Below are positions 42,495 to 58,735 of a stretch of 64,000 bases of DNA, in pieces; within the stretch, counting starts at the first letter, position 1, and the number at the start of each line of letters is the position of its first letter. Made by a program: the position numbers and the translations under genes. Source of the stretch: Eledone cirrhosa (taxonomy: Eukaryota); contig OZ024755.1 in the NCBI GenBank assembly GCA_964016885.1, forward strand, positions 2,666,001-2,730,000. The letters are read 5' to 3'. The notes under the pieces were generated by a model, which saw only the letters and a program-made list of their open reading frames with translations, was not told the origin of the DNA and did not search any database.

Positions 42495-43039
42495 GAGAGA
42501 GCGAGAAGGAGAGAGAGAGAGATAATTAGAACTAGTTTTCCGAAGCAGGATTGGAAACAAACGACGAAGCATCAATAACATGACATTGCTTCGGGAAACT
42601 CCAAGTACCTAGGAAGGTAGAGGCCAGGAATGGTAATCTTTTAGTACCAGAAGCCACAGACACCCAGCTGGTAGCTGACGAGGGGGGGGGGGGGGGTCTC
42701 CGTTTGTCCCCCCCCCACACACACACACACACACTCCGAACTTTTTCGGTCTTTCGTTTGTCCCCTGTGTCATTTTAACACACACAGACACATATATATC
42801 TTTATATATATATATATATATACATATATACATACATACATATATGTGTGTGTGTGTGTGTGTGACTATAAATCATTCGTTACGACGTTCGTTGCTTACA
42901 CTTCTCCCTCACTCCCTCTCTCTCTATCTATACATATATATATATGTGTGTGTATATGTGTGGGTCTGTGTATGTGTGTGTGTATGTGTATGGGTATTAT
43001 GGATGTATGTTTAATGTATTTATGTATATATTTACGTAT

Positions 43040-43595
43040 GTATAATATGTGTATTTTGTATATATTTACGTATGTATATGTGTGTATTTTGTATATATTT
43101 GTGTATGTATATATGTGTGTGTATTTTGTATATATTTGTGTATGTATATATGTGTGTGTATTTTGTATATATTTGTGTATGTATATATGTGTGTGTATTT
43201 TGTATATATTTGCGTATGTATATATATGTGTTTATTTTGTATATATTTGCGTATGTATATATATGTGTGTATTTTATATATATTTGTGTATGTATATATA
43301 TGTGTTTATTTTGTATATATTTGTGTATGTATATATGTGTGTATTTTGTATATATTTGTGTATGTATATATATGTGTTTATTTTGTATATATTTGTGTAT
43401 GTATATATGTGTGTATTTTGTATATATTTGTGTATGTATATATATATGTGTATTTTGTATATATTTGTGTATGTATATATATGTGTGTATTTTGTATATA
43501 TTTGTGTATGTATATATATGTGTGTATTTTGTATATATTTGTGTATGTATATATATATGTGTGTATTTTGTATATATTTATGTATGTATATATGT
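43040..43595. repeat. ~34-38-bp minisatellite derived from TA/TG repeats
   Basis: gtgtattttgtatatatttgtgtatgtatatat units. Confidence 0.9.
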
Positions 43596-44149
43596 GTGTA
43601 TGCAGACATGTTGATTTACTTAGGAAACAAACAATTCTATACAGTGTATTAAAAACGGCAAAGCAAAATCCCGTTTAACAAAAATATTATAAAAATATAT
43701 ATTATTGTCATGTGACAAGATTTGTTTCTGTTCGTTCTTTCCTTTTATTATATTTTTCCTCCCCAACACAGCTTCCACCCTGCCACCATTCCGACCATTG
43801 CCCTCACTTCGACCAAATATCTTCTTTTTTTTATCGTGTCTAGGAACAATAAATGACATTTTATCAATAGCAAAAAAAAAAACGTTGCTGGAATAAAATT
43901 AATGGCACTAACCGATAATTACTCATATAAATAAAAACGATATTCATGTAATCAGTCAACGAATGGAATTAATTGTAAATACAGCATTGTGACCCGGCAA
44001 CAATAATCCTACCATTATGAATATAAATACGAATATGATAAATTCGAACAAAGGCAAACTTGAAGGGGGAAGAAAAACCAGAAGTAAAACAAACAATGGA
44101 GTATTTCTTCGTTGTTTTATGACTGAGAAACCTACAGAAAATAGGAACA

Positions 44150-44240
44150 GGCGTTAAACATTGCATAATATAGGACCTTGACAAGTGGAGAGATGCTGAA
44201 TAGGACCCGTCCCGCCCTTGCAGGGAAAAGCGGACGTAAA

Positions 44241-44278
<38 letters not shown>
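44150..44278 (+). mobile_element. Probable RTE-type LINE 3' terminus with (GAT)n tail
   Basis: gggaaaagcggacgtaaaaggatgatgatgat... Confidence 0.5.
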
Positions 44279-44361
44279 ACACTATGTCTTGTGGAATGAT
44301 AAGATGGCTAGAACTGAAACAGTTTTTTATTAACATATGTGACTGTTTCACTTGACACCAT

Positions 44362-44900
44362 CCACACACATTCATATACAAACACACACACACACATTCA
44401 TATACAAACACACACACATTCATATACAAACACACACACATTCATATACAAACACACACACACACATTCATATACAAGCACACACACACATTCATATACA
44501 AACACACACACACATTCATATACAAGCACACACACATTCATATACAAACACACACACATTCATATACAAACACACACACATTCACATACAAACACACACA
44601 CACATTCATATACAAACACACACACACATTCACATACAAACACACAAACATTCATATACAAACACACACACACACATTCACATACAAACACACATACACA
44701 CATTCATATACAAACACACACACACCTTCACATACAAACACACAAACATTCATATACAAACACACACACACACATTCACATACAAACACACACACACACA
44801 TTCATATACAAACACACACACACACATTCACATACAAACACACACACACATTCACATACAAACACACACACATACACATACAAACACACACACACACACA
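44362..44900. repeat. ~20-26-bp minisatellite cattcatatacaaa(ca)n
   Basis: direct inspection. Confidence 0.9.
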
Positions 44901-45064
44901 GATATATATGTTTGTTGGAGTGGTTTGAGATTTAGTAGAAATAGAAGCTTTCGCCGCATTTTTTACTAAAGAAATGTTATCCTGATAGTGGGGTCTTAAC
45001 CCCCTCCCCCCAAATGGAAAAGGATGAGTATATAGAAATACATATTCCTTATTGAACCCTGGAT

Positions 45065-45116
<52 letters not shown>

Positions 45117-45348
45117 ATGTGTGTGTGTTGAAAATTGCAAACTTGACTGTCACCACAGAATATAAACCTGAAGATTGCGAAAGCATGAAAGTACTTGTTC
45201 AATTAACACTTAATATTCTACCATAATATTTCATTATAATATCATTGTAATTTTAAAGGATTGTAAATAAAACGAGTAAATCAGACAAAGTTGGAATTCC
45301 TTTTATTAATATAATCTTCTATACACAATCATACACACCGTGTATATA

Positions 45349-45380
<32 letters not shown>

Positions 45381-45433
45381 CACAAACGTAAGCAGGAACG
45401 AAATAAAGCTTCGAACCATGAATGGACTTTATA

Positions 45434-45523
45434 GTATATGGCAATTGTTTCGATATTGATCAGCTCAGAGTTCAAATGTAATATTCGGGGCCCGACTCTG
45501 TACCGATATCTCATCAGGTGTAC
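45434..45523 (-). ncRNA. Degenerate hammerhead, family E
   Basis: Minus strand CTGATGA-GATAT...ATATC-GAAAC-AATT-GCC; homologous to 7673-7760. Confidence 0.6.
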
Positions 45524-46815
45524 GTTCATAGGTTCACAACACATTCTATACATGTGTGTGAGTGTATGTGCTGTGTGTGTGTTGTATGTACATATATATA
45601 CATATATATGTGTGTGTGTGTGTGTAGACTAAAAAAAAGAAAAAAAAACGTTCTATAAAGAATTACCATCATCAAAGAATAAACGGAGCGAAGAAGTGGA
45701 AGGAGAATTATTTTAATAAATGAGAAATGAGTAAGAGAGAAGGTAAAGAATAAAATGGGAGAGGAAGGGAGGGGAAAGAGAGGAAAGAAAGAGAGAGGAA
45801 GAGATAGAGAGGAAAGAGAGAGGAAAGAGAGGGGAAAGAGAGGAAAAAAAGAGAGAGGAAAGGAGAGGAAAGAGAGAGAAGAAAGAGAGAGGAAAGAGAT
45901 AGGAAGAGAGAGGAAAGGAGAGGAAAGAGAGAGAGGAAAGAGAGAGAGGAAAGAGAGAGGAAAGGAGAGGAAAGAGAGAGAAGCTTTGGTGGATATGAAT
46001 GTCATCAATGGTACTCATTGCTCTTCTCACAAAATACTCTGTCAGTGTTTGACATTTCTTAAGAGAGAGAAAGATTCTGACATTTTCTGTCCAAGTTGAA
46101 GTATTTCCATGTTGGCTGACGATAATTAACACTTGTTATCACTTTCTTTATAATGACCGTAATGATGATGATGGAGTTAATAATGATTGTCATGGTGATG
46201 ATGATGATGATGTTGTTGTTGGGTGGTGGTGGTGGTGGTGGTGGTGGTGGTGGTGGTGATGATGTTGTTGGGTAGATGTTAGTGGTGGTGGTGGTGGTGG
46301 CGGTGATGATGTTGTTGTTGGGTGGATGTTGGTGGTGGTGGTGGTGGTGGTGATGGTGGTGGTGGTGGTGGTGGTGGTGGTGGTGGTGATGGTGGTGGTG
46401 GTGGTGGTGGTGGTGGTGATGGTGGTGGTGGTGGTGGTGGTGGTGGTGATGATGATTTTGTTGGGTAGATGTTAGTGGTGGTGGTGGTGGTGGTGGTGAT
46501 GATGATGTTGTTGTTGGGTGGAAGTTGGTGGTGGTGGTGGTGATGGTGGTGATGGTGATGATGTTGTTGGGTAGATGTTAGTGGTGGTGGTGGTGGTGGT
46601 GGTGGTGGTGGTGGTGATGATGTTGGGTAGATGTTGGTGGTGGTGGTGGTGGTGGTGGTGGTGGTGATGATGTTGGGTAGATGTTGGTGGTTGTGGTGGT
46701 GGTGGTGGTGGTGATGCTGACGGTGGTAGTGGTGATGATGATGATGATCAAAGATAAACTTGGGTAGATGATGGTGATTGAAGTGATGTAGATAACGATG
46801 CATGTGTGTGTATAC

Positions 46816-46871
<56 letters not shown>

Positions 46872-47075
46872 GTCGGTTCTACTTCCACTTTACGTTGTAA
46901 ATGTGGGACTCAAATGTTGCCTATTATTTCCGGGGCTTTTTTTTATGTTTATTTCCTTCATTAAGTCCTTGTTTAGCTTCTGTGATAACTTTTGTGCGAA
47001 GTATTGAGCTTTTCAGTAAGAGCTTGTCCTTAATAGCTTATCAAATGGACTAATTCATCTGTATAATGCTAGATG

Positions 47076-47111
<36 letters not shown>

Positions 47112-47161
47112 GTATGAATGTATTCAGATATACGTATGTATGTATATACATTATACGTATC

Positions 47162-47250
<89 letters not shown>

Positions 47251-47284
47251 TATATGCGTATGTATATATATACATATACTTATG

Positions 47285-47332
<48 letters not shown>

Positions 47333-47842
47333 TACATTTGTTGCCTTTTAGTGAAATATGTTTTTAGTGAATGTACTGCAATATATCTGTTGGTAATTGT
47401 GCTGTTATTGGCTTCTCTGAACTGCAATTTTCTCCTTGTCGGAACTGTTTCCATTGGGATTTTCCAAAATATATGGAAGTATATTTTGTTCATTTGCAGT
47501 TAGTATGTTGTGAAGATTATAGTCAAGTGATTCGGGGCAAAGTCAGGCTATTACTTGCAATGTGTTAATGGTTCCGAGGTGCATAAAATAGAAAGTGATG
47601 TTTGGAGGGTTATTTTAGTTAGATTATTGTAGTTGTTTTTGTGGTTGTTGTTGTAGCTGATACGGCTTTGATTGGTCTATTTTTATTGCTGTCGATGTTG
47701 TTGTTGTAGCTATACTTATTATTCTGACTGTTAAAGCAATTGTTACTGTGAAGAAGCCAACAAAATGCATATTTGTAAGTGTTTCGGTACTGCAGTCCAT
47801 TGGTATTCCATAGACCCAGTCTTCGGTGGCTCTCACACGCTA

Positions 47843-48009
<167 letters not shown>

Positions 48010-48706
48010 TACAGATTACAGTTGAAGTAAAGAATTTCTGCTTTCACCCTATTAGTATATATATGCGCTATATATGTGTATGTGTGTGTGTATTTGTCTG
48101 TGTGTGCATGTGTGTGTGTGTGTGTGTGCGTGCGTATGTGTATTTTATACACTCATCAAATATGTTGGTCCCAAAGAGTTTGACATAAAGACATTTCCAA
48201 AAATAAATAATATAATAAAAAGAGACAAAAGTATATAACATACACACACATGAAATAACGTTTCACCCCCACCACACCACACACATCAACAGATACACAG
48301 ACACACACACATTCACACACACAGACACACACATGAAATAATGTTTCACGCCCCACACCCAGACACATCCACCCCCCACCCCCCACCACCCACACCCCAC
48401 ACACAGACACACAGACAGACATACAGACACACACACACACACACACACACAGACACACACACACACACAGACACACATACAGACACACACCACAAGAATA
48501 AACATCATCTATCGAACATCACAATTCGACACAAACAAACAAAAAAGAAGAGATATGATGTGATATAGACATCCAAAGATAAAAAATGTAATATGTGAAA
48601 CAAAATAATATATATACATATATATGGGGGTGTATATATATATGTGTGTGTGTATTTATACATATATTTAAATATATTTATATATATATATATGTGTATA
48701 TATGTA

Positions 48707-48748
<42 letters not shown>

Positions 48749-48892
48749 AAAAAAAATACATATATGTACTTATGCATATATTTATATATATGCGTGTGTG
48801 TGTGTATATATATGTGTATATATATATGTACTTATATATGTATATATCTATATATGTACTTATGCATATATTTATATATATGCATGTATGTG

Positions 48893-48923
<31 letters not shown>

Positions 48924-49896
48924 TCCTGTTTTCTATTAAACCAACCAAGGAAGAGGCTAACCAATCAGCTAATCGATTTATAGACATAATATCGAGCAAT
49001 GAACCAATCAAAGAGGAAAACTCTACCTCTACTTTACCACTCACAACTAAGCTATTAAGTGAATACCGGCTGACTTATTAAATGACTGAACCAATATTGT
49101 CGTTTCAATTCTATCCACCAATTGCCGACCATTTAAGCACTAATGCTCTTCTTGTCAGCTTCATAGAAAAAACAACATAACTCTGAGCTATAGCTATTGC
49201 TGTTGCTGTTGTTGCTGTTGTTGTTGTTGGTTGTGTTGTTGCTGTTGTTTGTGGTGGTGGTTCCGTTTCGTTTGGTTTTGGTTTGGTTTTGATCAGAGGT
49301 GGTAGTGGTGATGATATAGGTTTACTGTACTCTACTGTAGCTTAGTTTAGAGAAGTGCAAGTATGTACACCGTATATATGTAGTCTTTCTAGATGTGTGT
49401 GTCTGTGTGTGCATGTCTGTGTGTCTGTGTGTGTGTCTGTGTGTGCCTATGTCTCTATGTGTCTATCTGCGTGTATCTGTGAGTGTTTGTGTGTGTCTAT
49501 GGGTCTCTGTGTGTGTCTATGTGTTAATGTGTGTCTATGAGGGGGGGGGGTATGTGTTTATATGTCTATGTGTCTGTGTGTCTATGAGTCTGTGTGTCTA
49601 TGTGTCTATGTGTGTGTGTGTATATGTGTCTGTCTGTGTGTGTGTGTCTATGTGTCTCTATGTCTATGTGTACATGTGGAATCAATTACATTGATTCAAA
49701 AAATGGCAGCCCAACCCCGTCTATCGAGAATGTCAATTTTTACACCGTTTGAAGTTTCCTTCTTATAGATCTTTTTTTAATGGCGACCATGTTAGATTAT
49801 CAGTGTGTTATGTGAATAGCGTTCTGTTCAGCTATCTTATGTTTTCTCATCTGATATATACGACTGTATGTGTGTGTATATACATATATATATATA

Positions 49897-49937
<41 letters not shown>

Positions 49938-50205
49938 GGATATATGCTTAATATCAAAACAAATGTATGTTAATATGCATATATATGTTTGTATATATAT
50001 ATATATAAATATATATGCATATGCATGTATGAATATATTTACACACACGTATATTGATATGTATTAATATCTGCGTATATAGATAGATATATGTGTGTGT
50101 GTATCTGCACTGGTAGAAAAAGCAAGAGAGAGAGAGAGAGATGGAGCGAAAGATAAAAACATATAAATATACATACAAACAGACAAATATACATACATGC
50201 ACACA

Positions 50206-50261
<56 letters not shown>

Positions 50262-50734
50262 TGTGTGCATGTATGTATATTTGTCTATATTGTGTATATA
50301 TATATATATACACACCCATATATACATGCATATATTTATATATACATACAACCACACATAGATGCATACTCACACGTACATACATACACATACGTACATA
50401 CACACATACGTACATACATATATACATAATTCAATAGGGAGATTAAAAAAAGATAGTTAGATATAAAGATAGGCAAATATAATCCCACTTAGTCTTCTCA
50501 GTCGGTGCATTACTTGAATAAAGCGGATATCGATCCTGTGTCTCACACTTCGATCAACAATATATAGTCGTCTGCACCATGGTATTTAGTACATGTGAAT
50601 ATATATATATACATTTACATCTAGGGAGAGAGATATCACATATCCTCATATATACATCACACCTATATACACACCACACGATATATATACATAAACACAT
50701 ACATTGATGAATATATATATATATATAATTGTGC

Positions 50735-50779
<45 letters not shown>

Positions 50780-50796
50780 ACATATATATACACATT

Positions 50797-50896
<100 letters not shown>

Positions 50897-50932
50897 AATA
50901 TATAAACATATATATATATATATATATATATA

Positions 50933-51107
50933 AGGAAGGAATTGTGGTAAGGAACGAGATGGACCATACCGCACCAGAGTACTCAATACTTAGGGTAGTA
51001 GAGTGGGTAATAGGAGAAAGTATGACCCCGACGGCAGAGCTCAAGCCGATTCGACGGCTATTTCTGGACTCAGAAACGGCTTGAGCTCTGCCGTCGGGGT
51101 CATACTT

Positions 51108-51110
<3 letters not shown>
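50933..51110. mobile_element. pLTR-like fragment in (TA)n with 32-bp perfect inverted repeat containing a hammerhead 3' half
   Basis: Arms 51017-51048/51077-51108; GAAAC-GGC-TTGAGCTCT-GCC-GTC; tattgagtac motif on minus strand at 50979-50988. Confidence 0.7.
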
Positions 51111-51145
<35 letters not shown>

Positions 51146-51534
51146 ATATATATATGTGTATATATACACATTTATATATAAATATATGTGTGTGTATGTG
51201 TGTGTGTGCGCAAGTGTTTGAGTACGTCTGTGTGTGTGTGTGTGTAGTACGTGTGTGATTTTACATGAACATACATGTTTGGCCGCACTAGGCAGCTCAC
51301 CATCACCTTCATTATAACCATCACCATCACCATCACCACCATTATAACCATCACCATCATCGTTATAATAGCTATCATCACACTAAACGATCCATCTCTT
51401 GTGTGTAGTATCAAACACAGGCATACGCTCAAACACACACACACACACACATATATATACATATATGTGTGTATGTGTGTGTGTGTGTGTGTATTCTGAT
51501 GGACAATCAACATACACATACATATATACATCTA

Positions 51535-51566
<32 letters not shown>

Positions 51567-53484
51567 CACACATCATTCATTTTTGCCATCAAATTTAATG
51601 AACAGTAAAACTGTGCTGAATAACAAACAGTATGTATGTGTGTGTGTAATAGTGTTTATGTGTGTATGTAATAGTGGTTATGTGTGTGTGTATAATAGTG
51701 TTTATGTGTGTGTATAATAGTGTGTATGTGTGTGTGTATATATAGGCCTGAGACAATATGTATATATACACAAGTATACATTCACACGCACACACACGTA
51801 TATATAGAGTCAGCCATTTACAAACACACATATACACACACGTATATTCACACGTATATACACACGTACACACACAGGTACACACACACACGTATATACA
51901 CACGTACACACACACCTAGACACACGTAATAAAGTGAGGCGGCAGAAGGCGGGAAATTAAATGAGAAATCAACAGATATATAATATATTACAAATCTGAT
52001 CACTGTGGTGGGGGTGGGGGGTGATGGTGGTGATGGTGGTGGTGGTGGTGGTGTGATGGTGGTGATGGTGGTGGTGATGATGGTGATGGTGGTGGTGGTG
52101 GTGATGGTGATGGTGGGGGTGGGGGGTCTGAGTTGGTGATGGTGGTGGTGGTGGTGGTGGTGTTAGTAGTAGTGAAGGTGGTGGTGATGGCGGTGGTTGT
52201 TGAGTTGGGGGGGGGGGGTCAACGTGGTTATGGTGGTGGTTGTGGAGGGTTGGGAGCGTTAATGGTGTTGCTGCTATGGCTGGTGTTGACTAGGGCTGGT
52301 TGTGTTGATGATAATGATGTTGCTAATGGTGGTGATGATAGTGTTTGTGGCGGCGGCGGCGGCGGCGGCGGCGGTGAAGGTGGGGCGGGGCTGGGCGGGG
52401 CGTCGTGATGTAGACCGTCGTCGTTGTCGCCGCCATCATTTAGTGATGATCTGTAGTTGATGGTTGTCTTCAGATTGTGCTGTGCTGGCAGTTTCATAGA
52501 GATGATGATGGTGATGATGATGGTGATGGTAGTGGTGGTGGTGATGTGGGTGATGGTAAGAGGTTGTGCTAGCTTTATGATGTATATCGGTGGTAGGTGT
52601 GTTGGTGGTGGTGTTGGAGAGCTAATAATAGCCATGGCGGCCGTTTAAGATATTCTATCGACGGTGTTGTCGAGTCGATGACAATGTATTGAATGTGATA
52701 ATGAAGTCATCGTATGGTTAGTAATTAGTATGGAAGTGGTTTTGCTGACGTTGGGTTTTTTTATGTCGATGGAGTTGTGTTTGTCTGTTGATGATTTGGT
52801 CATTTGTTGCTGATATAAAGTTGGTGCTATACTCCATCATGATTACATTGAGGTGAGTACTTAGTTGTGTTTGTTTTTATGTTTAAGGTCCTCAACACAG
52901 AAGAGTTTGTATTTGAGTCCCTGCACATCACATGACATAGCGGTTTGGTATATAAAAGGATGTCTAAAAGCTGTCTTGAGTCCAGACACTCATCTAGCCA
53001 CTGTTTATCCCGATTTCTTTGGCGTTAAGCAACTGAGAGTAAAAGACACCCTCCTTCTCATGTACCGGACAGAAATAAGTGCTGGAGGTGGCTTCAGCCT
53101 TTTGCCGTGTTTCCCTGGAAAACGTGGCCATTTAAACGAAATACTCTTTTCTTTTTTTAGCCCTGGCTCTTTAAACCCACCGAACATCTTCGTGCATTTT
53201 GGCAAAACTTACGAGAAAAGTTGCATACGTGCACATCAATATGCAAAACTCTGTTCTGTTGAACGCGCTGTAACTAGAGTTGGGTGCTATAAATAGCTTA
53301 GAAACATCCGGAAGGACCCCTTTTTAGATGAAAACAAAAGTGGCCAGCAGTCACTGTGAAGAATTGCCATACCCTTCAGACACTGGCTGACTCCTCGAAT
53401 CATTTAGGTAAATTAGAAGCTAAACAGATAGTTATGAAATGTAAATAACAGCAGCATAAACAACAATATACACACACAAATATG

Positions 53485-53570
<86 letters not shown>

Positions 53571-53838
53571 CATATATATATATACATATATATATATACA
53601 TATATATATACATATATATATATACATATATAAACATATATATACATATATATATATACATATATAAACATATATATACATATATAAACATATATATGCA
53701 TATATATACATATATATACATATATACATATATATACATATATGTGTGTGTATATATGTATATATGTGTGTATATATATATATATACATATGTGTATACA
53801 TATATATGTGTATATATATATATGTGTATATATATATG

Positions 53839-53870
<32 letters not shown>

Positions 53871-54250
53871 TATATCGAGAGAGAGAGAGACGAATGCATT
53901 TATCTGAGTTTACACACACATTCTTATGAATATACATATATACCTATTCGTATGTATTTATGTATTTGTTTAAACATTATGACCTCTAGTCATGTGATTT
54001 CTACGTAGATTTTCGTTTTCAATATGGCTGCCAATCATAATTTCACGATGTTCAGTCGCTTATGTAGACTCGGAATGTTTACCTTCGGACATCCTTTTTC
54101 CTCGATGACAGTTTAATATCACTGGACAGCACTCTGTTTATTAGTTAGCTAAAAGCAACTGTCAACTGAGTCGTAATGGTGTTGTATACAAGTGAGGAAT
54201 AACGAGTAAAATATACACCATGTAAACAAGATGATATCAGGGTTTCATTT

Positions 54251-54354
<104 letters not shown>

Positions 54355-54459
54355 CACATGTAGATATAGATATTTCCGTCTCTGTATGTATGTATGTATG
54401 TATATATATGCATATATGTATATATACATATACCCACACGTATACACACACATAGCGAC

Positions 54460-54494
<35 letters not shown>

Positions 54495-55161
54495 CATACA
54501 CATATAGATATAGATATTTCCGTCTCTGTATGTATGTATGTATGTATGTATGTATGTATATATATGCATATATGTATATATACATATACCCACACGTATA
54601 CACACACATAGCGACATGTGTGTGTGTGTTTGTGTATTTTGGAATGTGTACGTAATTAACATTATTCTTTCTATTCCGAAGAATATGGTGTTCATTGCAA
54701 GACTGAAGTATTGAAAATGTTGTTTCGACTTATGATTTCATTAAACACGAGATCAACTTTTGCTTAGAGACATGAACATTATATTGCTTTGTCTGAGATG
54801 TTGACAATAGGCTTATAGCCACACACACATCTATATATATGTATATGTGTATGTATCTGTCTATATATATATATATATAGACACATATATATATTAATAT
54901 ATATATATATATATATAGACATATATATATATGCATAGATATATGTGTGTATCTGTCTATATATATAGATAAATATATATATAAATATATATATATTTAC
55001 AAATATAAATATATATGTAAATATATAAATATATTTATAAATATATATATAAATATATATATATATAAATATATGTAAAAGTTCTATTTAAATTGCTGGG
55101 ATACAACAAGTAAATATTTTTATAACTGATATAAAGCACTCAACAAATATTTGGAGTAAAA

Positions 55162-55242
55162 ATACGATATTAACAAATGGAAACTATATTTATGAAATAA
55201 ATATGGTTTTATAAATATAGTTTCCATTTGTTAATATCGTAT
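55162..55242. repeat. 32-bp inverted repeat made of the family A 3' tail, abutting (TA)n
   Basis: atacgatattaacaaatggaaactatatttat / ataaatatagtttccatttgttaatatcgtat. Confidence 0.85.
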
Positions 55243-55819
55243 ATATAAATATATATATATATATAAATATATATGTAAATATAAATATATATATATAAAT
55301 ATATATATATATGCATATATATGTCTGTGTGTGTGTAAGTACGTATATATGACTACGTTATATATATGCATGTACACATATGTATGTATATGTGTGTATC
55401 GGTGTATGTATGTGTATGTATGTGTGTGCTCGTATCCGTATGTCTATATAGTTTATGTTTTACTGAATAATTTTCGGAATTTCAGATTCCCGTCAAAGCG
55501 ATATTCAGACCACTGTTCCTTTAAATTTTGTATCTTTTTCGGTATTTCCATATGGTTCCCTGTAAATCAGAACGGTGTCATTTCTTTTCTTCTGTCCCTA
55601 CCATTTCATTGCGTTTTTTAGTATCGTGTTTTTATTATGTCGTTCTGTAGCCTCTTTACTTTCCAATTCAACGGTTGGTATGTTTTTTTTTCTTTTTGTT
55701 TGTGTTGTTTATTGGTGGCATTTGTCATCATGTGCATTCTCTGAAGAATATCATTTCTTTTCTCCGTTTAATTAGTTTTGGGGGAGATTATCATTCTGTT
55801 GTGTTGTCTTTCACAATGT

Positions 55820-55895
55820 TGAGGTTGTTACTTCGATTCCTGGACCGGGTAGTGCGTTATGTCCTTGAGCAAGACACTTTACTTCACGTTGCTCT
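55820..55895 (+). mobile_element. CORE/V-type SINE fragment
   Basis: ttcgattcc B-box followed by gtccttgagcaagacactttacttcac. Confidence 0.55.
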
Positions 55896-56049
55896 TTCTA
55901 CCTGGAGTTGCGACCGATACTAGCAACTGGAAAGACCAACGGAAACATTGTTTCCTCGGTCCGATTTGACGAAAGTCGATCGATCCTTTTGTGTTGTCCT
56001 TTTACATTAGCCAATATTCGGTGTGTGTTTCTATATATTCATCGATTTC

Positions 56050-56270
56050 AGGCGGATTGGCAGTATTGGTAGAAACCTGGACAAAATGCTTTGCCGCATA
56101 TAGTTATGGTCCTTTAAGTTATGAGTGTTCACATCCCCCCGAAGTTAGCTTTGCTTTTCATCGTCACTGGGTCCATAAACTAAAGGACCAGTCACGCACT
56201 GGGGTCGATTTAATCGACATTCACCTCCCCAAAAATTGTTGTCCTGGTGCCAAAATCAGAAACCATTATT
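56050..56270 (+). mobile_element. Main SINE, old long variant
   Basis: ggcggattggcagtattggtag...gcactggggtcgatttaatcgac...gtgccaaaatcagaaacc. Confidence 0.8.
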
Positions 56271-57734
56271 TTATCAAGTTTCGCTAAATTGTTGTTCTGT
56301 GAAGTTTTGTGTTGCCATTTAGTTATATACTTGTTTTATTTCCCTATAGTCTCTGTAGGTCTGCCAAGGATAACTATACATTTTATATGTAAAATGGATC
56401 TAGCTATCGACCGCCTACATCATGAAGATCAACCCGCCGCCTTCCTCTAGCTGGCAAGGACTGTAGTGGGGTGATGGCGGTAGCGAATGTGGTTGTATGG
56501 TGGATGTGACCGACAGAAGATAGACACTTTCCTATTCTGCCAAGCCCTCGTCAACTTTTTCAACTTCCACTTGGAAAGAAATGAGATGGTGGAGAGGAAA
56601 GTGCTACCTACCCCCAGTACCTTTCTTAAAAAGTATGGGAATGTAGCGAGGATCACCTTAATGAAAGGGTCTACTTCTGTGCATGATGATCCTGTAAGCT
56701 AGAGAATTCAGAAAGGAGAGGTGTAATTTCCTCTGGCGGCCTTGGCGATTAGAATGGTTTCGGATCTGCGGGGTTCATAAATTCCCCTTCAGTGATTCAC
56801 ACCACCTTTGCCCTCCTTTGAGGAATTCTTTTCGTCATTAATTCATTGTTAATTGTTAGCTGTTTCTCTATTCTTTACACGTGTTTAAGTAAATACCCTC
56901 TAACGCTGCACTTTTATATTGCCCTTGATTTTTAAACCCTGCTGACCAATAAACAAAGAATTCTTACTTATCTAATTCCTTCACTCCATTTTATTTCTAT
57001 TTTCTTTTTCTGTAGTGTTTAATATTGTATTTATTTATGTATCTATTTAGTTTGTTTGTTTGTTATTATTACCTTTTATCTTATTATGTTGCAGCGCTAA
57101 TGATACTTACATGGCTGTCTTTATATTGGTCATTTCTCTCAATTTACGACCACATTATCAGACGTTCTTTGACCGCTACAGATAATTACATCGTCTAATT
57201 TTCGGATGCAACGTTTTCCGTTCCCGATGCTTTCCATCTCCATTATCATCACCATTATCATTATCATCATCATTCGCATTTTCATCATTATCATCATAAC
57301 TAGCAGCAGCAGAGCAGCAAATAACTCTTACACACATACACACTCACACACAAACATACACAGTTATATATATGTATATATATATATATGTATATACATA
57401 CATATGTATATGTATATACATACATATGTATATATATATAGACATATGTATATATATATATACATATATATATACATATATGTATATACATACATATGTA
57501 TATGTATATACATACATATGTATATATATATATATACATATATATAAGTATACATACATACACACACATATATATATATACATATATATACATATATATA
57601 TACATATATATATACATATGCATACATATATATACATATACATATATATATATATACATATATATCTATATATATATATATACAGATATATATACATATA
57701 TACAAGTACATATACACACATGTATATATATATT

Positions 57735-57810
<76 letters not shown>

Positions 57811-57934
57811 TACAATTTCTACATCTTTATCATTTTATCTATCACCGGTTTGGCGTCCGTTATTCCATGCCAGTGTTGGTTGTTTGGACATTTTATTAGC
57901 CATAAAGTTTAAAGATCTACTCTAGAAAGACACG

Positions 57935-58479
57935 ATTTGCCTGTCTGTAGATTTACTAATAAGTACTTGGACAAGTTTTATTTGTTCTTGTTCTACTGAT
58001 TAGATGCTGTTTTCCATTTGCCAGAGAGCGATGACTTCAGTGTGTGCTTGACCTGATAAAAGAGCAACTAAATCTCCCACAAATTGAACCATCTTGAAAA
58101 AGAAATGACAGCCTTGATAATGTACGCCTAGGTTAAAGTTAAATAAAGTGAAAAGAAAGAGATGGTCCAGGCTGGAAAATCTTTGACCGTTGGTCAGCTC
58201 AATCAAGGAATCACCTAGGGCTAAAATATAACAACTACAACACATGTCTGGGTGATATATAGATAAATGCCCACATCTATATGGCACACGCATATAGACA
58301 TGCATGATACGAGGGTGAGATGAAACGTTCATAGGCTGACTATGTGGGAGATATGCTAAAGCTGTGAAATCTTGCATGCATTAATTTCACCTCTTCTTAT
58401 TAATAACTGCATTGTTTCGATTAGGAAAGACCCGATGATTTCTTTTAAATGAAACAGTTCTAGTCCTGTAGCAGCCATT

Positions 58480-58480
<1 letters not shown>
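57935..58480 (+). mobile_element. Decayed Penelope-like RT thumb fragment followed by family B pLTR
   Basis: Frame-broken LSV..FTNKYL...RAMTSVC..DLIKEQLNL...(NGYP-like) then CCGATGA...GAAACAGTTCTAGTCCTGTA. Confidence 0.5.
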
Positions 58481-58511
<31 letters not shown>

Positions 58512-58533
58512 TCTCTCTCTCTCTCTCACTCTC

Positions 58534-58564
<31 letters not shown>

Positions 58565-58603
58565 TCCTCGCTTTCTCTCTCTCGCTCTCTCTCTCTCTGT
58601 ATG

Positions 58604-58658
<55 letters not shown>

Positions 58659-58735
58659 AAAATTAAAATTAAGGGTTGTCATGCCTGAGAGACATGCGCC
58701 ATATATATATATATATATAAGTATATATATAGGTA

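Noticed and set aside
48955-49100. Three CCAAT boxes as a promoter
   Set aside because: No TSS or downstream exon evidence; short motifs are expected by chance
52865-53400. 143-aa ORF in a unique block
   Set aside because: Non-ATG start and no recognisable homology; possibly decayed TE
56380-56790. Possible PLE RT fragment on minus strand
   Set aside because: Similarity (HHPTT, LTRAW) too weak to call without a search
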